A stretch of 64,000 nt of DNA from assembly GCA_009840175.1 (NCBI GenBank), contig VXOI01000216.1:1774-65773 (forward strand). Direction: 5' to 3'. The translations under genes and the position numbers were made by a program. Below are positions 54,448 through 64,000 of this stretch, piece by piece (the first letter of the stretch is position 1; every line of letters begins with the position of its first letter). This DNA is from Chloroflexota bacterium. Lineage in GTDB: Bacteria > Chloroflexota > Dehalococcoidia > Lucifugimonadales > UBA3495. The notes under the pieces were generated by a model. It saw only the letters and a list, made by a program, of their open reading frames with translations. It did not search any database and was not told where the DNA came from.

Positions 54448-56487
54448 GTGCAGACAGTGGTTCCTCCCGGCGACATTGGTCCCATCCCCATCTGGGTGGG
54501 TGTTTACGTTCTATTCGCGCTGGCACTGGCCGCCGGCGGCTACGCCATCTACCAACGAGTGTTCCGGCTGGTGCTGCAGGGCCGGTCTGAATACAGGTTT
54601 GACCGGCCTATTGAGAGGCTCACCGGCGCAATGGCCATCGTGCTGGGGCAGAAGAAGGTGTTGCAGCGAGTGCCTTTCGGCGACTGGGCCGGGCTGGGCC
54701 ACGCCGCCATCTTCTGGGGCTTCCTCACCTTCATGCTGTCCTATGCCATCTTCATCTTTGCAGCGGCGGCGTGGAAGCCCTTCCCGGAGTGGCTGCTGAC
54801 CGACACCGGCGCGATGGTGTACAGCAGCTACCTCGACATCCTGGCGGCCCTGCTGCTGGTGGTGCTGATGTGGGCGGCCGTCCGTCGCTGGGTAGTCCGG
54901 CCCCGCCGTCTGAGCTTCGACCTGACCCGCAACCCCGACGCCATCATCATTGTTGGCATGATTGCCGGGCTGATGGCATCCACACTGCTCACCCACAGCT
55001 TCTACGTTGCCGAAGGAGGAACCGGGCCGGAGGCCGACGTTATCATCGGCGGCGCGCTAGGCAGGCTGTTCATAGACTGGGGCATCAGCCAGTCCGCCGC
55101 CAGCGTCCTGCATGGCCTGTTCTGGTGGACGCACTTCGCCATCATACTGTTCTTCACGGTATACATTCCCTTCTCCAAGCACATGCACATGGTGGCTGCG
55201 CCGATCAACGCCTTCTTCCGCACCCTGGACTCGCGGGGGGCGCTGCCAGCCATGGACCTGGAGAACGCCGAACGGTTCGGTGCGTCGCGGGTGCAGGACT
55301 TCACCTGGAAGCAGCTTCTCGACGGGTACGCCTGCGCCGTCTGCGGGCGCTGCTCGGATGTCTGCCCGGCGAACGTGACGGGCAAGCTGCTGTCGCCCAT
55401 GCACATCGTCGAGAACCTGAAAGACCACATGATCGAGATAGGGCACCAGGGAGCGCGCGACCCGGAGCACGCGGAGCCATCGCCCATCCTGAACAACGCC
55501 ATACCTGAGACCGCCATTTGGGATTGCCTCAACTGCGGCGCCTGCATGGAGGAGTGTCCTGTTACGGTGGAGCACGTCCCGACCATCATGGATATGCGGC
55601 GCTACATGGTGCTGGAAGAGTCCAACGCTCCCGAAACGGCTATGAACGCCCTCATCAGCATGGAGCAGCGCGGCCATCCGTGGCGGGGAACCCAGTTTTC
55701 CCGCACCGACTGGGCCGAGGGCCTGGACGTGCCGACGCTGGCGGAGAACCCGGAAGCCGAGATCCTCTTCTGGGTGGGCTGCACCCCGGCGCTGGAGCAG
55801 CGCAGCCAGGCCGTGGCCCGCTCTATGGTCAAGGTTCTGAAGTCCGCCAAGGTTGATTTCGCCATCCTGGGCGACGAGGAGACCTGCACCGGAGATCCCG
55901 CAAGGCGCATGGGCAACGAGTACCTGTTCCAGATAATGGCGGCGCAGAACATTGAAACCATGAACAGCTACAACGTCAAGAAGGTGGTCACCATCTGCCC
56001 TCACTGCTTCAACACCATCAAGAACGAATATCCGCAGCTTGGCGGCGATTTCGAGGTGCTGCATTACAGCCAGTTTGTGGACGGCCTGATTCGCGAAGGC
56101 AGGATTAAGCCGGTCAAGATGATGGACGTCACTGTCGCCTACCATGATTCCTGCTTCCTCGGACGGCACAACGGAGTGTATGATGAACCCAGGAACGTGG
56201 CCCGCGCTATCCCCGGCCTGAAGCTGGTGGAAATGGAAGGGCGTTGCCGGCAGCGCGGTTTCTGCTGCGGTGCCGGCGGCGGTCATATGTGGATCGAGGA
56301 AAGCCAGGGCGAGCGCGTCAACCACGCCCGCACCGATCACTTCCTCGAAACTAACGCTCAGACCGTGGGTGTATCCTGCCCCTTCTGCCTCCAGATGATG
56401 ACCGAGGGTATACAGTCCAAGGGGATGGCAGACCAGAAGGAATCCAAGGACGTGCTGGAGTTGCTTTCAGAGAGCTTGGAAACATAG
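54448..56487 (+). CDS. Membrane-anchored Fe-S oxidoreductase: NarI/DsrM-like multi-helix N-domain fused to an HdrD/GlpC-like domain (2x[4Fe-4S] plus two CCG domains)
   Basis: About five predicted TM helices with conserved His (GLGHAAIFW, WWTHFAI, SKHMHM). CAVCGRCSDVCP and CLNCGACMEECP. CCG-type motifs ICPHCFNT and CCGAGGGHMW...SCPFCLQM. Confidence 0.8.
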   Translation: MQTVVPPGDIGPIPIWVGVYVLFALALAAGGYAIYQRVFRLVLQGRSEYRFDRPIERLTGAMAIVLGQKKVLQRVPFGDWAGLGHAAIFWGFLTFMLSYAIFIFAAAAWKPFPEWLLTDTGAMVYSSYLDILAALLLVVLMWAAVRRWVVRPRRLSFDLTRNPDAIIIVGMIAGLMASTLLTHSFYVAEGGTGPEADVIIGGALGRLFIDWGISQSAASVLHGLFWWTHFAIILFFTVYIPFSKHMHMVAAPINAFFRTLDSRGALPAMDLENAERFGASRVQDFTWKQLLDGYACAVCGRCSDVCPANVTGKLLSPMHIVENLKDHMIEIGHQGARDPEHAEPSPILNNAIPETAIWDCLNCGACMEECPVTVEHVPTIMDMRRYMVLEESNAPETAMNALISMEQRGHPWRGTQFSRTDWAEGLDVPTLAENPEAEILFWVGCTPALEQRSQAVARSMVKVLKSAKVDFAILGDEETCTGDPARRMGNEYLFQIMAAQNIETMNSYNVKKVVTICPHCFNTIKNEYPQLGGDFEVLHYSQFVDGLIREGRIKPVKMMDVTVAYHDSCFLGRHNGVYDEPRNVARAIPGLKLVEMEGRCRQRGFCCGAGGGHMWIEESQGERVNHARTDHFLETNAQTVGVSCPFCLQMMTEGIQSKGMADQKESKDVLELLSESLET

Positions 56488-56504
56488 CCTGATACTTAGG
56501 GGCT

Positions 56505-56545
56505 GCCCTCACCCTAGCCCTCTCCCTCTGGGAGAGGGAATAAAG
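56505..56545. repeat. REP-like hairpin repeat, family A copy 6
   Basis: CCCTCACCC-TAG-CCCTCTCCC-TCT-GGGAGAGGG. Confidence 0.8.
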
Positions 56546-56558
56546 GAGGAACGAGACC

Positions 56559-56807
56559 ATGCCCGGGATTGACCAGGTGACCATTGTCCGCAAGTGCAGT
56601 ATCTGCGCTGAGGAAATCGAGACAATGACTGTCAAGAAGGACAACATGATGCTCTCGTCTAAGGCATTGATATGGTGTCCAAGCTGCGAGGCCGAAAAAC
56701 CGGAGCGGCGGGACATAGCAGAGCGTCTCGAAACCATACAGCAGGAACAGGCCTCGTATCCTCCATCCCAGCTTGCGACGCCTTTCGGCGCGCCTCCGGT
56801 GCGATAG
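56559..56807 (+). CDS. Small zinc-ribbon protein (hypothetical)
   Basis: CSIC...(26 aa)...CPSC pairs. AAGGAGGA Shine-Dalgarno sequence upstream of the ATG. Confidence 0.5.
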   Translation: MPGIDQVTIVRKCSICAEEIETMTVKKDNMMLSSKALIWCPSCEAEKPERRDIAERLETIQQEQASYPPSQLATPFGAPPVR

Positions 56808-56808
56808 C

Positions 56809-57249
56809 ATGGCTACTCAGCACGACGACAATGAGGCCCTTCCGCAGGTTGCTCTGGTGCTGACCAGCAACCTGTTCTTCATACCGCGCATTGAGTCTGC
56901 CGCCATCCGCTCCGGCATGGAGGCAATATACGGGAACTCGGCTGTCGGCCTCCTCAAATCCACAGCGGGGCGCGATGTTGCCCTCGCTCTCATTGACCTG
57001 GAAACGGACGAAGCAGTGTGGGAAGAGGGTCTCTCTGTATTGAGTACAGCCCTGAAGTCCAAGCCCGGAGCAGGTGTGGATGACCATAGCGTGCCCTCAC
57101 CCATCATCGCCTATGGCCCGCACGGCGACGCCGAGACGCTGCGGAAGGCCCGGAGGCTGGGGTGTGACGCCGTGTTGACCAAGCGGGATTTCTCGTCACG
57201 CCTGCTGGAGTTGATGGGCACCAGGGGACAGGCGGTAATCTCCTCGTAG
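56809..57249 (+). CDS. CheY-like receiver-domain protein (possibly a pseudo-receiver)
   Basis: Beta-alpha pattern VALVLTS..., ALALIDLETD, PIIAYGPH, AVLTK. The acidic DD pair of canonical receivers reads TS. The ATG lies just past the stop codon of the preceding gene. Confidence 0.5.
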   Translation: MATQHDDNEALPQVALVLTSNLFFIPRIESAAIRSGMEAIYGNSAVGLLKSTAGRDVALALIDLETDEAVWEEGLSVLSTALKSKPGAGVDDHSVPSPIIAYGPHGDAETLRKARRLGCDAVLTKRDFSSRLLELMGTRGQAVISS

Positions 57250-57267
57250 GACTCTGATACTCGGTAT

Positions 57268-58074
57268 ATGTTGTGGACCTGGGCCGAAAAACAGTTCATC
57301 TTCTTCCCGGAACCGGAAGTTGCCAGCACCCCGGCCCACGCTGGACTCCGGTATGAGGACGTCTACCTGACCGCCTCGGACGGCGTTAATTTGCATGGCT
57401 GGTTCCTTCCCGCCCCCCATGATTCGTCCGGCCCGGAGACACAAACCTGGCTTTGGTTCCACGGCAACGGCGGGAATCTCGGTACTCGAGTCGGACAACT
57501 GGAACGGGCGCACCGTCTACTGGGTGTCCACCAGTTCATCTTCGACTACCGGGGCTACGGGAACAGCGAGGGCAGTCCATCCGAACGCGGCACGTACCTC
57601 GACGCTCGCGCTGCTTTGCATTACATCCGGCAGCGGCCCGATTTGGACTCCGGCCGGATTGTTTACTTCGGGCACTCGCTGGGGGCGGCGGTAGCTGTCG
57701 AGCTGGCAGTGTCCCATCCCCCGGCGGGATTGGCCCTGATTGCGCCCTTCTCCTCTATCCGCGACATGGCGAAGCTGGCATTGCCGCTGCCATTCGCGGG
57801 GTGGGTGGTGCGCAACCATTACAACTCGGTCTCCCTCATACCCGGGGTTCACGCCCCTCTCTTGATCCTGCACGGCGAGATGGACGATATCGTCCCCCAT
57901 TCCCAGGGTCTCAAGCTGTTTGAAGCAGCCAACCAGCCCAAGCGTTTCGTGACCTTGCCTGACGCATCCCACAACAACGCTCACCATGTTGCCGCTGACG
58001 TAATGGCCCTGGCCCTGCTGGAATTTCGCGACGGCCTGGCCGCCGGGAACCTGTTTCCGGCTACACCCCACTGA
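57268..58074 (+). CDS. Alpha/beta hydrolase (serine hydrolase)
   Basis: Nucleophile elbow GHSLGAA, with late D and H (GEMDDIV, DASHNN). Confidence 0.85.
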   Translation: MLWTWAEKQFIFFPEPEVASTPAHAGLRYEDVYLTASDGVNLHGWFLPAPHDSSGPETQTWLWFHGNGGNLGTRVGQLERAHRLLGVHQFIFDYRGYGNSEGSPSERGTYLDARAALHYIRQRPDLDSGRIVYFGHSLGAAVAVELAVSHPPAGLALIAPFSSIRDMAKLALPLPFAGWVVRNHYNSVSLIPGVHAPLLILHGEMDDIVPHSQGLKLFEAANQPKRFVTLPDASHNNAHHVAADVMALALLEFRDGLAAGNLFPATPH

Positions 58075-58354
58075 TTATTTCGGTCTGAACGTCCAGCAAC
58101 TCCACGTCAAGGCGCGACTCTTCGATAAAATTGAGCAGGCCGGAGAGCATGGCGTCGGCGTGTCCCCGGTCGTTGCTGACGCAGCAGACGCCCAGGGTGA
58201 GCCGCTGCCGCATATCGGCGTCCTCCACCTCTGCCACCGCCATGTTGAAGCGGTTGCGAATACGGTCCCCCAGCGACCGGGCAATCTGCCTCTTTTCCTT
58301 CAGGCTGGACGCCTCCGGCAGGTGAAGCGTCAACCGGCAAATCCCGACGTGCAA
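58061..58354 (-). CDS. DUF503 (YlxP-like) protein
   Basis: 97 aa; L.L.LP...SLKEKRQI.RSL.DR.RNRFN.AVAEV is the DUF503 pattern. Confidence 0.75.
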   Translation of the reverse strand: MHVGICRLTLHLPEASSLKEKRQIARSLGDRIRNRFNMAVAEVEDADMRQRLTLGVCCVSNDRGHADAMLSGLLNFIEESRLDVELLDVQTEIISGV

Positions 58355-58513
58355 CTCTCCTCCCTAAATTCGCTTGTATTCAGAGGATTGAAACATCACT
58401 TGTTTCCGTAATTGTCTGATATATTGACCCACAACAACAGGGATTATAGATTACGCAGTAACCCTGTTACTGTGGGTGCTTGGCGATCAGCTTTGCGAGG
58501 ACGGTATAGGCCA

Positions 58514-59176
58514 ATGGCTGGCGTCCCATTTTCCCCGGAAGATTCGCGTGATGAGGTGCCGGAGGTTGTCGTCAGCCGGCTGCCCCAGTATCTTCGCATT
58601 CTGAACCGCCTGATGGAAGACGGCATCATGGTGGTCAGCTCCCAGCAGTTGGGAGAGAAATTGCAGGTCACGCCAGCCCAGATTCGCAAGGATCTCAGCT
58701 ATTTCGGGAGGTTTGGAAAGCAGGGACGGGGGTACAGTGTCCGTGATCTGCTGGACCGGCTGCGCCAGATCCTGGGCGTCAACGCCTACTGGAACGTGGC
58801 GGTAGTCGGCGTGGGGCGCCTAGGCCGGGCCATCGTCAACTACCCTGGTTTCAACCCGGACGGCTTTCACCTGGTGGCTGCCTTCGATATCAACGAAGAC
58901 GTCATCGGGCAGGACGTGGGAGGTCTCACCGTCCATTCCCTTGACGACCTGCGGCGAGTGGTCACCGAGCGCAATATAAGCATCGCCATCGTGGCAGTTC
59001 CAGTTTCCCACACGCAGGAAGTGGTTGACCTGCTAGTGGCCTGCGGTGTCCGCGCCATTTTGAACTACGCGCCCATCATCCCTCATGTACGTGAAGGCGT
59101 CAGAATCCGCAACATAGACCCGGTGCTGTCCCTCCAGTCCATGACCTACTACATCAACAGCTCCGTCGAAGAATAG
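58514..59176 (+). CDS. rex: Redox-sensing transcriptional repressor Rex
   Basis: RLPQYLRIL, ISSxxLG-type HTH (VSSQQLGEKLQVTPAQIRKDLSYFG), Rossmann motif VAVVGVGRLGRAI. Start chosen at the ATG at 58514. The track opens at a TTG at 58412. Confidence 0.88.
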   Translation: MAGVPFSPEDSRDEVPEVVVSRLPQYLRILNRLMEDGIMVVSSQQLGEKLQVTPAQIRKDLSYFGRFGKQGRGYSVRDLLDRLRQILGVNAYWNVAVVGVGRLGRAIVNYPGFNPDGFHLVAAFDINEDVIGQDVGGLTVHSLDDLRRVVTERNISIAIVAVPVSHTQEVVDLLVACGVRAILNYAPIIPHVREGVRIRNIDPVLSLQSMTYYINSSVEE

Positions 59177-59206
59177 GAGCCTCACACCCTTCCATCGCGC
59201 CAAAAA

Positions 59207-59240
59207 AATCCCTCTCCCTTGAGGGAGAGGGTAGATTCCC
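59207..59240. repeat. REP-like hairpin repeat, family A copy 7
   Basis: CCCTCTCCC-TTGA-GGGAGAGGG (59210-59231), between the convergent rex and atpC genes. Confidence 0.8.
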
Positions 59241-59258
59241 GGTGAAGCAAGACCAACC

Positions 59259-59702
59259 TTATGAGCTGCTTACGGAGGGCGGCAACTGCCCGCCGCCCCT
59301 GGCGCGACGGCGGCGCACGGTTTCGAGACGGACTTGCGCCCGGCGCAGGGATGCCAAAGCCCGCTGCATCTGCATATCGGACGGACGGTTGGCGATTCTT
59401 TCTTGGGCGCGGCGCATGGCTTCCTGGGCGCGTTCCTCGTTGATTTCGTCGGAATGCTCGCAAGCGTCGGCCAGGATGATAACCCGGTCGCCCAGCACTT
59501 CCATGAAGCCGCCTGTAACGGTGAAGTAGCTGTCGGCGCCGCCCTTTCGGATGGTCAGCTCGCCCGGTTGGAGCATGGTCATCAGCGGGGCGTGCCGGGG
59601 CAGAATCCCCAACTGTCCATCAATGCCCGGGGCGATGAGCATATCCACTTCTTCACCGTACACCTGCCGCTCGGCAGTGGTGATTTCCAGCATCATCGGC
59701 AT
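59259..59702 (-). CDS. atpC: F0F1 ATP synthase subunit epsilon
   Basis: ...APGIDGQLGILPRHAPLMTML..G......GGFMEV, with a C-terminal helical hairpin. Confidence 0.9.
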   Translation of the reverse strand: MPMMLEITTAERQVYGEEVDMLIAPGIDGQLGILPRHAPLMTMLQPGELTIRKGGADSYFTVTGGFMEVLGDRVIILADACEHSDEINEERAQEAMRRAQERIANRPSDMQMQRALASLRRAQVRLETVRRRRARGGGQLPPSVSSS

Positions 59703-59708
59703 GGCTGC

Positions 59709-61127
<1,419 letters not shown>

Positions 61128-61140
61128 TCAGAGACAAGAT

Positions 61141-61521
61141 CTAAGCTCTGGTATTCAGATATAAGGCGCGTGGGTCAATGGAAACCGTCTCATTTTCAAG
61201 GTCTAGGACGATTTTCCACTGTTGAATTATATCCGCCCCAATGACAAGCTCCTCTGCTAAATCCTCGACAACGTAGAAATTGTGAGTCAGTCGAATTCCC
61301 TCTGCATCGACAGCCAAATTCATTATGCTGTCCGCAGTAAATCCGACCTGTCCATCGGCCATCATAAACGTCAACGTCTCAACCGCTGGGCCAGTGTCGC
61401 CCAAAATTTTCGCTATGTCGGCGCGTATGAAAGATTTGCTTGCTCCAGAGTCGTACAACACGCGCGCTGTATCACTGCCCCGATTCCCGGTAATAGTATG
61501 TTCCTTGATTATCAGCCCCAA
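61141..61521 (-). CDS. Retropepsin-like (clan AA) aspartic protease, small single-domain, embedded in the atp operon
   Basis: Active-site motif VLYDSGAS, later LVIGADIIQQW. TTG start 4 nt after the atpG stop codon, with a GGAGGGG Shine-Dalgarno sequence. GC content is visibly lower than in the flanking atp genes. Confidence 0.6.
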   Translation of the reverse strand: MGLIIKEHTITGNRGSDTARVLYDSGASKSFIRADIAKILGDTGPAVETLTFMMADGQVGFTADSIMNLAVDAEGIRLTHNFYVVEDLAEELVIGADIIQQWKIVLDLENETVSIDPRALYLNTRA

Positions 61522-61525
61522 CGCG

Positions 61526-62389
61526 CTACCCCTCCAGCACCGCCATGCCGCCGATGAGGTCCAGCAACTCGTTGGTGATGCTTTCCTGGCGCAGCTTGTT
61601 CATCACCAGCGTCAGGTCTTCGCTGAGCTGCTTGGCGTTGTCGGTGGCGTTGCGCATGGCGACCATCCGGGCCGACTGCTCGCTGGCGATGGATTCCAGC
61701 AGGGCGTGGTATACCTCCATCTCCACGAAGCGAGGCAGGAGGTTGCGGAGCACCGTCAGGTTGTCGGGCTCGTAGTAGTAGCCGACGCGCTGGGGGCCTG
61801 AAAGCTCCGAGGGCGTTATCGGCAGCAAACGCGCCACCACCGGCGTCTGGGACAGCGTGGAATTGAACCGGGTGTATGCCAGGTAAACTTCATCAGCCTG
61901 CTCTTCCGAGTAGGCGTCAATCAGCAGTTGGGATATGGCGATGGTGTCCAGTAGCTGCGGAGTTTCGCCAAGGTCAGTGAAGACCGCGCGCAGGTCGCTG
62001 CCGGAACGCACCATGAAGTCGCGCCCCTTGCGTCCCACGGCGATGGCCTGCACCGGCGCCTCCTGGTCGAGAATGAACTGCCCTACCCGGCGATTCAGGT
62101 TGGCGTGCATCCCGCCGCACAAGCCCCGGTCGGGGCTTATGACCAGCACGGCAATGTTGGAGACGGGGCGGACCTGCAACAGCGGCTGGGAAGCGGAAAC
62201 ATCGTCAGTGGGCTGGGCGGCCAGGTGAGCGATAACGTCCAGGATTTTCTCGGCGTAGGGCCGTCCCTGCAACACTGCATTCTGGGCACGGCGCATCTTG
62301 GACGCGGCAATCAGCGACATAGCGTTGGTAACCTTGCCGGTGTTGTCCACGCTGCGTATGCGGCGGCGTATGTCTCTAACGCTGGGCAT
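61526..62389 (-). CDS. atpG: F0F1 ATP synthase subunit gamma
   Basis: IRRRIRSV.NT.K.T.AM..IAASKMRRAQ N-terminus and C-terminal ...ELLDLIGG. Confidence 0.95.
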   Translation of the reverse strand: MPSVRDIRRRIRSVDNTGKVTNAMSLIAASKMRRAQNAVLQGRPYAEKILDVIAHLAAQPTDDVSASQPLLQVRPVSNIAVLVISPDRGLCGGMHANLNRRVGQFILDQEAPVQAIAVGRKGRDFMVRSGSDLRAVFTDLGETPQLLDTIAISQLLIDAYSEEQADEVYLAYTRFNSTLSQTPVVARLLPITPSELSGPQRVGYYYEPDNLTVLRNLLPRFVEMEVYHALLESIASEQSARMVAMRNATDNAKQLSEDLTLVMNKLRQESITNELLDLIGGMAVLEG

Positions 62390-62397
62390 TTTCTTTC

Positions 62398-62440
62398 GCC
62401 CTCACCCCGACCCTCTCCCAGAAGGAGAGGGAGATTAGGT
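62398..62440. repeat. REP-like hairpin repeat, family A copy 8 (inside the atp operon, between atpA and atpG)
   Basis: CCCTCACCCC-GA-CCCTCTCC-CAGAA-GGAGAGGG. Confidence 0.8.
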
Positions 62441-62499
62441 CGAGTTTCCCGCTTTATATATCCCCGCTATATATGTCATGGAAAGAGCGTTTCCCTGCT

Positions 62500-64000
<1,501 letters not shown>

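Noticed and set aside
58355-58513. A search for a Rex operator (TTGTGAA-N6-TTCACAA type) upstream of rex, and near the atp operon end (59177-59258).
   Set aside because: No acceptable match was seen. There is only an unrelated AACAGGG-N17-CCCTGTT inverted repeat in the rex leader. The similarity between TTGTCTGATATATTGACCC (58412) and TTGTGATATATTGCCC (9952) is too weak to call.

Overview
High-GC (roughly 60-63% by eye) bacterial chromosomal window, densely coding: about 65 protein genes. I saw no rRNA, tRNA, CRISPR array, transposase or integrase. Gene content: (i) 0.5-21.6 kb, a catabolic and oxidoreductase-rich region with a Rieske oxygenase, a BBE/FAD oxidase, a PAL-like NHL-repeat lyase, two amidases, four luciferase-like (LLM) flavin oxidoreductases and several hydrolases; (ii) 27.1-37.6 kb, a 10.5 kb string of genes all on the minus strand, mixing arginine biosynthesis (argJ-argB-argD ... 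argG) with an embedded hicA plus two hicB cassette, an aminotransferase, a cupin, a retropepsin-like protease, an acyl-CoA dehydrogenase, a PaREP1/HEPN-like protein, HIT and YqeK-like genes, ending in a small HesB/IscA-like ORF with an in-frame TGA (candidate selenoprotein); (iii) 38-58 kb, housekeeping and accessory genes (DUF1015, class V aminotransferase, pcrA, a BacNaV-type ion channel, a PadR plus ArsM-like pair, an enolase-superfamily enzyme, a fifth LLM, a Uma2 endonuclease, a membrane HdrD/NarI-like Fe-S oxidoreductase); (iv) 58.4-64 kb, rex and the F1 part of the ATP synthase operon (atpA-atpG-[retropepsin-like gene]-atpD-atpC). Intergenic DNA carries at least four families of hairpin or MITE-like repeats. 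The LLM paralog expansion, amidases, Rieske and enolase-family genes suggest a Chloroflexota (SAR202-like) organism. That is inference from gene content only. All calls come from reading the supplied ORF translations and the DNA by eye. No database search was run.
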